IMG/VR virus record: IMGVR_UViG_3300010354_000047
Span: 64,001-128,000 of that record
Source of the DNA: a virus
Length of the DNA: 64,000 nt
Direction: 5' to 3' (one strand)
The position numbers and the translations under genes were made by a program. Under the pieces are notes generated by a model that was given only the letters and a program-made list of their open reading frames with translations, ran no database searches and was not told the DNA's origin. Positions 9,180 to 18,300 of the stretch are shown here, one piece after another. How positions within the stretch are numbered: position 1 is the stretch's first letter; every line of letters starts with the position of its first letter.

Positions 9180-10166
9180 ATGTACGGAGCCAACTTAGAC
9201 TTTTCGGGTGTTCTACTACCCGGCACTGGCGGTTCTTTGAACGCTGCGACTGCCATCACATCGGATAAACTACAAGAGATGAATCGTTCTGGAAAGAAGT
9301 GGGGAATCGACAAAGAAACCGGTAACCTAACATTTCACAACGAAGCCACACTAAAGGCAAATCAAAAGACAAGAAGCAACCGTGAAAACCTGATCAACAG
9401 AGATCGAGATGCTCATTCCGACGGCCAAGAGGCTATGAAGGAAATCTTTGGTCGAAAGAAGGCTCGTATGGAAGCATTTCGGGAGATTAAGAAAAAAGAG
9501 TACAACTTCGCAGACGACACAGAAATGATGTCGATGCCCCAACCTTTCTCCCACAAAGAGGCCAAGGGTTGCTCAGCATCGTGCAAAGGTCCTGGAAAGT
9601 GCAGTTGTGATTCCTGCAAGAAGTCCCTCTATGACTCTAACTACAGGGAGTGGTCAACTAAGAAGAGAGAGAAGCTTCAAAAAGGTGAAATCAAAGGTGA
9701 ATTTGCCGGAAAAGGAATGTCTTTTCCGATTGCGAGTCCGAAAGATGTGGCCGCTGCGTGGGCTTCTGTGGGAAGGACTGAAAATCCTCAGGAAGTGATG
9801 GCCAACATAATTCGAATCTCAAAGAAGTTCGGCTGGGAGTCCGGCTTACCTCAAACTGTTAGAGACCGTCTGAATGAAGGAAAGTCGGGACTGCCCTCCA
9901 CTAATTTTCGCGAATGGTCTTCGGATAAGCGCAAGAAACTCTCTGAAGGTGACCTCAGAGGGGAGTTCGCTGGCCCAGGAATGTCCTTTCCGATCTCAAG
10001 CGCCGAAGATGTCTCCGCTGCCTGGTCTTCAGTAGGTCGCGCCGCCAATCCAAGAAAAGTGATGGCCGAGATCATTCGCATTGCGAAAAAGTTCGGTTGG
10101 GAGTCCGGTCTCCCCGAGACCGTAAAACAAAGACTTAACGAAGGAAAGTCAGGTCTACCGGAGTAA
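9180..10166 (+). CDS. Hypothetical protein with a tandemly duplicated C-terminal domain of about 88 aa
   Basis: Two copies of N[YF]REWS...GEFAG.GMSFPI.S..DV.AAW.SVGR...KKFGWESGLP.TV..RLNEGKSGLP. Confidence 0.7.
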   Translation: MYGANLDFSGVLLPGTGGSLNAATAITSDKLQEMNRSGKKWGIDKETGNLTFHNEATLKANQKTRSNRENLINRDRDAHSDGQEAMKEIFGRKKARMEAFREIKKKEYNFADDTEMMSMPQPFSHKEAKGCSASCKGPGKCSCDSCKKSLYDSNYREWSTKKREKLQKGEIKGEFAGKGMSFPIASPKDVAAAWASVGRTENPQEVMANIIRISKKFGWESGLPQTVRDRLNEGKSGLPSTNFREWSSDKRKKLSEGDLRGEFAGPGMSFPISSAEDVSAAWSSVGRAANPRKVMAEIIRIAKKFGWESGLPETVKQRLNEGKSGLPE

Positions 10167-10169
10167 GAA

Positions 10170-10541
10170 ATGGGTGTAGAGTGGGTTATTGCCGTATTCG
10201 GCTTGGTTATAAGCGCAGCTGTATCGGCAACTGGTGGAGCTTTCTGGATTCAATTAAAGGGGTCGGAGAGAATCGACAAAATTAAAAGAGCATCCGACGA
10301 CCGCCTCGAAACTATGAGGAAAGCTTCAGACGAAAGAGTTGATCGACTGATTTCAGAAAACAAGTCACAAATGGAGATTCTTCTTTCACATGTTCAGAAA
10401 GTTGAGAACGTTCTAAATGACATGAGAGCTGAGCTTCCCACAAAATACGTCCTTCGAGAGGACTTTCTTCGTCTAGTGGAAAAAGTGGAAGAGCTTCGAA
10501 TCGATTCTTACCGTCCACGGGAACAGAGAAAAGATGCTTGA
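10170..10541 (+). CDS. Membrane-anchored coiled-coil protein
   Basis: N-terminal TM helix, heptad pattern, C-terminal LPTKYVLREDF. Confidence 0.6.
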   Translation: MGVEWVIAVFGLVISAAVSATGGAFWIQLKGSERIDKIKRASDDRLETMRKASDERVDRLISENKSQMEILLSHVQKVENVLNDMRAELPTKYVLREDFLRLVEKVEELRIDSYRPREQRKDA

Positions 10542-11046
10542 CTACGATTGGTCTCGACTTCAAAGCCTAGGTTTTGACACAAACTTTATCGAGAAGTCCC
10601 TTCCGGAAACCTATCGAAAAGGACTGACTAAGGAAGAGCAGGAGATTGCGAAAAAGGAAGCAAAAGATACTATGAAGAAGGCGGAAGAGGGAAAGGTTTC
10701 CTCTAAGGAACTCTACGCCGATTGGGAATCCGATAAAAGGTACAGAAAACGAAAGAAGAAGATCCCGCTTTCTCCCGCAACAAAAGCTTTTCACAAAGAC
10801 TTCGCAGAGGCAAAGTCCGGAGTTAGCAAATCTCTTCAAGAAAAGTCCAAGAAGTCTGGTATACCAGTGGGGGTCCTGAGGAAAGTCTTTCAAAGGGGTA
10901 TGGCCGCCTGGCGTTCCGGTCACCGGCCTGGTGTCGCCCCACAACAATGGGCTCACGCTCGCGTAAATTCCTTCATCACAGGAAAGGGAAAGGCTCGACA
11001 GGCTGACGAAGATCTGTGGAAGAAGGCGAAGGGTAAAAGAGCTTAG
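10534..11046 (+). CDS. Basic protein, DUF5824-like
   Basis: SGIPVGVLRKVFQRGMAAWRSGHRPG...QQWAHARVNSF resembles DUF5824 as recalled; leader YDWSRLQSLGFDTNFIE. Confidence 0.6.
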   Translation: MLDYDWSRLQSLGFDTNFIEKSLPETYRKGLTKEEQEIAKKEAKDTMKKAEEGKVSSKELYADWESDKRYRKRKKKIPLSPATKAFHKDFAEAKSGVSKSLQEKSKKSGIPVGVLRKVFQRGMAAWRSGHRPGVAPQQWAHARVNSFITGKGKARQADEDLWKKAKGKRA

Positions 11047-11061
11047 TCCGCTTTCAGTAAA

Positions 11062-11982
11062 ATGCCACACTGGGGATCCTTTTCTCCCGACTCCTATGAG
11101 TCTTTTCTGAACAAAGTCGATAATCCTGTCGACTATATGGTTGTAGCGCCTGCACTTGCACCACGGGCCGCTACCAACCCTTCCTCTTTTATGATGGATG
11201 AACAAGAAGATGACGAGGGAGACATGTATGATTGGGAAGATGAAGGTTACGAAGATGAAGAAGACATTGAGCCAAATGCTGGAATGGCTATGAGCCAGTT
11301 GCGGTCAATGGCTGAAGACATCATGTCTATCCTCAGTGAAATGACTCCTTACGATAATCTTGAGCCCTGGGTTGCTGCCAAGATTACAATGAGTAAACAA
11401 AACATTTCCGCCGTCGCTGACTACCTCCGCTTTGGTTCAGACTTCTCCGAAGGGGAATTTGACTTTGCCCGATGTCAAAGACCCGACGGAAGCACCTATG
11501 GTAGCAGAGGAAAATGCAGGAAGGGGAGCGAAGTGTCGGCCGTGACTGAAGAGGAACCGAAACCGAAAACCAAAAAGAAGAAAGATGATCGATCCGCAAG
11601 CCCTGTTCCACCTTTTGAAGATGTGAAAGAGCTCACAGAGAAGGCAAAGGGTTTTACATATGGGAAATCTTGGACAAAAGACCATCAGGAAGTTTGGAAT
11701 CGCATTTTGGCGTCTCCGGACACTAAGACATTAGGATCACTCACAAGAAAACTCAATAAAGAAGTCTTTGATGATAGCGAGTACGACGTTAGTGCCGGTT
11801 TTCTAAAGGGGGCTCTGAAGACAATGAAAGAATGGCTCGAAGCTAACGGGAGGTCCGGAGTTGGTGCAGCGAAGGAAGCTCGAATTGCCGCAATGACGCC
11901 TGAAGAGCGTAAGAGGGCTGCGTCTGCTGAAAGAGTTGAAAGGGGAATAAGGGCAGGGGTTGTAAAGGGGAGAATGATATAA
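11062..11982 (+). CDS. Tag-A modular protein
   Basis: Leader WGSFSPDSY, acidic stretch, helical domain (LEPWVAAKIT), then DFSEGEFDFARCQRPDGSTYGSRGKCRKGSEV. Confidence 0.7.
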   Translation: MPHWGSFSPDSYESFLNKVDNPVDYMVVAPALAPRAATNPSSFMMDEQEDDEGDMYDWEDEGYEDEEDIEPNAGMAMSQLRSMAEDIMSILSEMTPYDNLEPWVAAKITMSKQNISAVADYLRFGSDFSEGEFDFARCQRPDGSTYGSRGKCRKGSEVSAVTEEEPKPKTKKKKDDRSASPVPPFEDVKELTEKAKGFTYGKSWTKDHQEVWNRILASPDTKTLGSLTRKLNKEVFDDSEYDVSAGFLKGALKTMKEWLEANGRSGVGAAKEARIAAMTPEERKRAASAERVERGIRAGVVKGRMI

Positions 11983-12080
11983 TGAATCTCTTGAGCAATT
12001 ACGATTGGGGCCTTCACAAGAGTTTAGGGTTTGACCTGACCTTTGTAGAAAATTTGAAGCGGAATCTAAAAGCAAGGTGA
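11982..12080 (+). CDS. 32-aa ORF resembling the leader of the 10534 protein
   Basis: Manual translation MNLLSNYDWGLHKSLGFDLTFVENLKRNLKAR; TAATG overlap with the upstream gene; matches YDWSRLQSLGFDTNFIE. Confidence 0.6.
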   Translation: MNLLSNYDWGLHKSLGFDLTFVENLKRNLKAR

Positions 12081-12083
12081 TTT

Positions 12084-12434
12084 ATGTTCGGTAGCTTTCC
12101 TGAAGACATCCTGAGTCAGTTTCAAAGAGACTACGCAGAGCGCTTTGACAAAGAAGATCTTGAGTGCAACAAACCTCGGTCAACTCCGAGCCACCCTAGC
12201 AGCTCACATATCGTGAAAGCTTGCTACCCTGGGGCTCCTGAAGGAGGTAAACTAATACGCTTTGGTCAACAAGGCGTTAAAGGTTCTCCCAAGAAAGAGG
12301 GAGAATCCGAAGCCTATCGTAAGAGGCGTGAATCCTTTAAGGCGAGACACGCAAAGAATATAGCGAAAGGGAAGTCCTCTGCTGCCTACTGGGCGGACAT
12401 TGTGAAATGGAGCGAACCCGATTTTGAGGGGTAA
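12084..12434 (+). CDS. Small basic phage protein
   Basis: Leader MFGSFPEDIL...DYAE, then KLIRFGQQG...RRESFKARH...SAAYWA, a pattern recalled from small phage proteins. Confidence 0.65.
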   Translation: MFGSFPEDILSQFQRDYAERFDKEDLECNKPRSTPSHPSSSHIVKACYPGAPEGGKLIRFGQQGVKGSPKKEGESEAYRKRRESFKARHAKNIAKGKSSAAYWADIVKWSEPDFEG

Positions 12435-12458
12435 TTGCTCTTTTATTATTGTGCTAAA

Positions 12459-12908
12459 ATGATCAGAAATTTCAACCTTCCTTGTGTGGACAACCTTCGA
12501 GAGGGAATCGACTACCGACTAGTGGAGTGGGATTTCGCATCCCAGCAACCATCCCGAACTCCTGGGACTCCTTGCCCTCCTGGAGAAAAGGTTGTTTTTG
12601 GAGTTTGTCGCAAGGTCGGTGACTCAGGGGAAAAAGACTTTGACTCCGAAAAGAAAACTTCCCAAGAATCTCAGCTTGAAGAGGAAGCCACACGTCAAGG
12701 TAAGAAAGTTTCTACCAAGGAAGAGGCTACCGCCGCTAACGTAAAAGGCTTTGAGACAGGTGGGAAGAAGTATGGCTGGGCAATTAAAAACGGAAAACCT
12801 GTCATTGTTGAATGGGGTTCCGTAGCAGGTACAAAGAAGAAGGGTAAGGAAAAAACAACTGCCCCTGAAGCACCAGCAGCAGCTACCACAACTCCGGCTC
12901 CTAAGTAA
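12459..12908 (+). CDS. Hypothetical protein with CPPG...GVC motif
   Basis: ORF 12435..12908; ATG 12459 lies 30 nt after GGGTAAT. Confidence 0.6.
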   Translation: MIRNFNLPCVDNLREGIDYRLVEWDFASQQPSRTPGTPCPPGEKVVFGVCRKVGDSGEKDFDSEKKTSQESQLEEEATRQGKKVSTKEEATAANVKGFETGGKKYGWAIKNGKPVIVEWGSVAGTKKKGKEKTTAPEAPAAATTTPAPK

Positions 12909-12943
12909 TTGAAAGGGTAAATAACTTTATAGACTAAACTTAT

Positions 12944-13789
12944 ATGGACCTTCCCACTAAGATTTCCGCCGATTACTTTCGAGGAACAGTTATGGAACCC
13001 GAACGAGTTTCCCCTTTTCGTTCAAATTACACCGAGTACGAGCGGCTAGGAATGAAGCACGAGGAGCTCTCAAAAAGGATTGAGGCTCTTCAAGATAAGA
13101 TGAAGCTCTCTCGTCAAAACGGCGCCTTCCAAAACCTTCAGATGCAGATGTCTGAGGTGAAACAACTCGTCAAGGATCGAGAGGAAATCGATGCTAAGAT
13201 GTCGACACTTGACTTGGCAAGAAAGAAGGACGACGATTACAGAGCTGCTGCGGGCTACGAAGCATCCTACGGTGAGTGCCTGGAATCTTTTGACTCCCGT
13301 GTCGAAAAGCTCGAAAGTCTTCTAGAAGAGTTCTCTGAGCTCGCTGCGAGCGAAAACTTTGACTTCACTCGTTGCGTTCGCCCCGATGGTTCTGTATATG
13401 GGACAAGAGGAAAGTGCAAGAAAGGTTCTGAAACTAGCGCCCCGGTCAAAGAAGTAAAAGTGTCATCAAAAGCTCTCAGACTTTCTGTAAGGGAGAAGTC
13501 TTCACACCTAAATGAAGTTAGAAAGCAGTTATCAGCTGGTGAAAAGAAGTTCAGGGCGATGGTCAAGGAGGCCAAAAAGAATCCCTCCCCTGAAAAGAAA
13601 GAGGAGCTGAAACTGGCCCAGAAAGCTTTAGCCCAGAAACAAAGAGAGGTTGCCAGAGCAGAAAGAGAAGCAGAGAAAGCCCTAAGACAGTGGAGTTCTG
13701 CTCGCAAAAAAGAAGAAAGAGCGAAGATGAACCCTGCGCAACTGCAGTCTGAAAGAAAGCTAGATAGAATTATTCGGGAACGAGGCTGA
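12944..13789 (+). CDS. Tag-A coiled-coil protein
   Basis: EFSELAASENFDFTRCVRPDGSVYGTRGKCKKGSET lies between two coiled-coil regions. Confidence 0.7.
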   Translation: MDLPTKISADYFRGTVMEPERVSPFRSNYTEYERLGMKHEELSKRIEALQDKMKLSRQNGAFQNLQMQMSEVKQLVKDREEIDAKMSTLDLARKKDDDYRAAAGYEASYGECLESFDSRVEKLESLLEEFSELAASENFDFTRCVRPDGSVYGTRGKCKKGSETSAPVKEVKVSSKALRLSVREKSSHLNEVRKQLSAGEKKFRAMVKEAKKNPSPEKKEELKLAQKALAQKQREVARAEREAEKALRQWSSARKKEERAKMNPAQLQSERKLDRIIRERG

Positions 13790-13795
13790 CCTGAA

Positions 13796-15121
13796 ATGGC
13801 ACGTTGTAACAAAGGAAAAAGTTGCAAGGGTACGTGCATCCAGAGAAGCGATAATTGCTTGGCCCCACTTGGAAAAAACCTCTCCAAACAACTAGATGTG
13901 GCCTCAGAAAAGATGGAGGGCCTCGGAGATATCTTTCTTCGAAAAATTGTTACTCCCGGAAAGCCCCCCTCACCTCCTGCCCCCCTTGTAAACAAAGAAA
14001 CCAACAAGCAAGTTCAAAAACTTGTAGACCAACTCGGACTCGGCCCTCTGACCGTTAAAGAAGTTGGCAATAGTTTCGAAGTCTACAAGAGAGAAGCTCT
14101 GAGGCAGCTTAAGGAACTGGAGAATAAACCAAATAAGACGAGCGCAGATAGAACAAAAGAAAACCAAATTCGAGATGCTTTGCTAGCGGTTTGGGAGAAT
14201 AAGACCAATGTTAGCCGCGGAATGTTAATCGATCGCCTGGACGCCCTAGACTTCGATAACACATTTAAGCCAAACTATAAGACAGGAAAGTACGACTGGG
14301 ACAGTTCCTACGCCTCCGGTTCAAGACACCTTGGTTCAGGTGGCTTCGCGAGTGTAGTGGCTTCTAAAGAGCCTCCCCCGGTTGTAGTTAAGAGAGGGGA
14401 AGTCAGCGAAAATGAAATTCAGATCTTGAAAAAACTGAAAGGCAAGGATCTATCCCCTGAGCTAATAGCTGCGGAGATGGACACAAAGTCGGGGATAGAG
14501 AGTAAAGAAGCGGACATTGATTTTTACTCGGGTCGAATCGCCATGTCCCGCGTCTCCGGGAAAGCTGCAGAGGAATTCAATACGTACAACGACCGTGTTG
14601 GTGGCACAACTGTCGGGGACTCTTACTGGGCTCTTCGCCGTCGACTCCATAGCAATGGGGTAGCCCACAACGATGCGCACATCGGAAACGTTCTGATCGA
14701 CGATTCCGGAAAGTCTCGCTTTGTAGATTTCGGGATTTCCCAGGACGACCCCCGCGCTGCCCTCTCTGAAGCCATTGGAGTCTATGCGAATCGCAGATTT
14801 CTTCCCGCAGGTTCTGTAACAAAGTCCCCCGTAGATAGACAGTCGGGTGACTGGCAAGGAAGACGCTTCGACCAGTTCACCGAGCCTTTATCTAAGGCGA
14901 CGGAACCTAGCAATAAATCTAACTATGCCAGAGTAATCCAGAATCGGACAAAGGTTTACCAGGCCCTAAAAGAGCTAGGTTTATCTAACGACGATATAGC
15001 GGAAGTTGTGATCCACGGTATCAGGAGACCCCTTAGCTCTTTCAATAGTGGACCCTGGGGAAAGATTAGTAAAGAAGAAGCCATGAAGTTGATTCAGCTC
15101 GTTTACCAAGGTGTGGAATAA
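13796..15121 (+). CDS. Tag-B protein-kinase-fold enzyme
   Basis: CNKGKSCKGTCIQRSDNC tag; LGSGGFASV, VVVK, HNDAHIGN, VDFG. Confidence 0.85.
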   Translation: MARCNKGKSCKGTCIQRSDNCLAPLGKNLSKQLDVASEKMEGLGDIFLRKIVTPGKPPSPPAPLVNKETNKQVQKLVDQLGLGPLTVKEVGNSFEVYKREALRQLKELENKPNKTSADRTKENQIRDALLAVWENKTNVSRGMLIDRLDALDFDNTFKPNYKTGKYDWDSSYASGSRHLGSGGFASVVASKEPPPVVVKRGEVSENEIQILKKLKGKDLSPELIAAEMDTKSGIESKEADIDFYSGRIAMSRVSGKAAEEFNTYNDRVGGTTVGDSYWALRRRLHSNGVAHNDAHIGNVLIDDSGKSRFVDFGISQDDPRAALSEAIGVYANRRFLPAGSVTKSPVDRQSGDWQGRRFDQFTEPLSKATEPSNKSNYARVIQNRTKVYQALKELGLSNDDIAEVVIHGIRRPLSSFNSGPWGKISKEEAMKLIQLVYQGVE

Positions 15122-15291
15122 TGTCAAAAGAAAACGACCAGAAGTATCTAGACTTGATGTCCCTGTACAAAAAGCTTCGGAGAAGCCCAAAAACAGACGC
15201 CCAGTCCCAAAAAGTCCTTGACAAAGCACTGAAATTCTCTAAGGATAACGCCATTAGCCCCGAAGCTCTAGAAGCTGCTAGATACTTTTAA
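15121..15291 (+). CDS. 56-aa protein coupled to the kinase (candidate inhibitor/immunity)
   Basis: Manual translation MSKENDQKYLDLMSLYKKLRRSPKTDAQSQKVLDKALKFSKDNAISPEALEAARYF; TAATG overlap. Confidence 0.65.
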   Translation: MSKENDQKYLDLMSLYKKLRRSPKTDAQSQKVLDKALKFSKDNAISPEALEAARYF

Positions 15292-15344
15292 GCGGGTAAA
15301 GTAAGGAGTGCCTCTGCACAACCTTCTCTTTCGCTCTTTAGCAA

Positions 15345-18300
15345 ATGTCCGCAAAACGTATAATCCTGAAGCGATCTTCGATTGCAGGGAAGAGGCCAAC
15401 AGCTGAAAACCTTTCCCCTGGTGAGATCGGTCTCAACACGAATAGTACTGAACCAGGAGCGTTCTTTCAGACAACAGACGGAAGAACTGTAAAAGTTGGT
15501 CCCACATCATATCTGTCCTACCCTCCCACAGAATTCCCGGAGAAGGGAGAACTTTGGTTCGATAGTGAAGACGGAACCCTAAAAGTAGGGACGGCCGAAC
15601 ATGAATGGATGTCTATTTCCGCTCCTTTTCTTGGTGGAGAAGGCCCCATTGTATTCGTTGCCCCAGAGTTCCATTTTTCTACAGATTCCTTGAGTAATGA
15701 TGGTCAAGCTTTGCCTTTTCAGACCGTTTCCCGAGCTATTCTTGAACTTTCGAAAATATACCTAAGTCGCGTTCTTAGTGGTTTTTCTACACGAGATGAA
15801 AGTAAGCGGTACACAATTTTCATCTTCCCATCCCAGTCAATTGCCAACAATAGCCCGGGAGTTTCCCCAGAAGAGTTTAACCTTGATCTATCAAACAAGG
15901 TTGGAAACGACATAACCATACCCGAACTTGAACAATTCAATCCTGTCACAGGCGGTATCGTCGTCCCCTTTGGTATTACTCTTCGAGGGATAGATCTAAA
16001 GAAAAGTGTAATATCCCCTTCTTATGTTCCTTCTTACTCTAATCCCTTCTACCCTACCGGCCTTCAGGGTGTTGACCAACCCTTGAGTGCCATTTTTAAG
16101 TGTGGAGGGAATGTTTACGCCGAGGACTTTTCTGTAGTCGATAAACTCTCAGAGAGAGTTATCGTGGGAGTCATTGACGATAATGATTTGGCAGTGTTTC
16201 GTTCAGAAAGACCCCACGGACTTCGAGTCGACGACTTTGTCACTGTCTCGTATTTCGCAACTGTTGATCAGAGCACCGGAACATTTCAGCCTGGTAACTA
16301 TTACGCAGTTCCCGTTGACTCCTATCACTTCTACCTTTCCACAGGTCCACAAACCGAGAGCCAGGCCGCTGAGTATATCCTTTTTCAGAGCATTCCTGCG
16401 TTAGTGAATGACTCTAACCCGAAGTTCTTAGTCACCAACTCTCTCAAGTCTGCCCATCGGCTTAGCCTCTTTAGGAACGCATCTCTTTCAGAAATTCAAG
16501 AATACTTTGTAAAGGTTCAGAAGGCTTTTCCAAAGGTTTTTGGAGGAAAGGTCACAGATACACCCCAAATAGTGGATCAAGGGGACTATGTTATTGTCGG
16601 ACCAGTCGGGGCCTACCCTCAGAACGAAGCCTCAAACACAACTAAAAACTCTTCCTTTTACGCCAACCAAGTGAACATGCGTTCCGAGTACGGAATGTGC
16701 TGGGGTGACTTTGATGGTCGACTTGTTTCAGGGTTTAAGTCGGTTGTTGCAAATGCGTGTACAGCTATAACCTTGCAGAATGACCCTTGCGTATACGAAG
16801 TATATACCACACTTGTGAACCCGGATACGAATCTTCCCGAGAAAAAGTGGTGGGGGCTCACCCAAGCTGTCTATCTCTCGACTCCAGTGGAACAAAGGCC
16901 GGCATCTATCGTAGACGTTCCGGTTGTTCAACAATTGGATGTTTTGAATACAACTCCAATTAACAATATACGTTACCATTACGAGAACCTGAAAACAGAA
17001 GCAGGGAAAAGTATTGGTATCGTGAATACCGAGAAAGACTTTCGCCACTTTGGTTTTCGCGTTCAAAATGGTGCTTACGGGCAATTCCAGTCGACTTATT
17101 GCATTGGAGCTGCAGTCGGTGTGTGGGCACTGAATGGGGGAACTTGCAGCTTGACAAACAGTACTACAAACTTTGGATCCGTTGCCTTCAAAGCCGAAGG
17201 ATTTCTAGGAATCAATACAATCGGAGGGGCAAAGGCGAACGGAAAAGGTTTCGTATTTGAAGGGATTCAGCGGCCTCTCGCCATCACAAAGTCTCAAGCA
17301 GAAAACACTTCCAACAAAAAGATTCTATCCCTTGGCGGGAGAATAACCAACATATACCTCGATGAAAGTGATCCAAACATTCAGATTGTTGAACTTAGCT
17401 CCGACTTTTCTCCTTGTTACTTACTTCCGTTTTCTCTGAAACCCGGATCGGCCCTTTGGGTTGAATCTGAGTCTTGTACCTACCGGGGGTTTTTGGCCAC
17501 AGACGGTGGCCCAACGATTTTCACTGGAATAGATAGCCCGAACTTTGCTAAAATTCGAATTCGGTCCTCTGATAGCACAATCCCAAACAACACCGACCTT
17601 CTTCCGGTTTTGGGAGTTCCCTACGTTCGTAGATTTAGTGACCCAAGGCAAGACTTCGAAAGAAGCTACAGTATCTGTCTGAAGAATACCTTCCAGAATG
17701 CTATCTCTCCTCAAATTGGTTCTGTCCTTAGACTCAATCAAACCAGTCAGCAACTGGGGTCTTCCTCTCTGACTCCAAACGTTCAGTTTGATCCAGGAAT
17801 TCTAGGGGGTTGGGGTCGGGTCTTCACCGTGGATGCAGTTGAGACTGGTGGGCTTGGTGCTTCGCCTCAGTTCAATTATACTATAAGCGACCCTAGCCAA
17901 GACCAGACTTATTACGTAGCAATAACAGGGAGCGACATGAGCCGCCCATGGGTACAGGGTCTGAACTTTCGGAACTCGCAAGGGGATTATGTCACTTTTG
18001 AGAACAGAAACTGGTATGCTGCTGAGAACAACATTTGGGAATCTCTATATTACGGAGACTCTTCAAGTTTTACGGAAAACTTTGGGCCATACTCCATAGC
18101 CCCTATTGAGAGGTGCTCGCCTTTTGTGGATACGAGTGTTCTCGAAAAGCAGGAAAAGGTCCTGGATACTTATCAAGGGGTTTACGCTCCTGATGACTTT
18201 GTCGGAAATCCGGAGTATGTCGGCTACGAAAACGGAACTTATTTTCGTGGTTCAACCGAGCCCTATCCGACTTACGATACTAAAAATGTATATGATGACG

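Noticed and set aside
10567-14007. Long antisense ORFs 10567..11205 and 13267..14007 (similarly 39244..39918)
   Set aside because: They shadow well-supported plus-strand genes and show no recognisable motifs.
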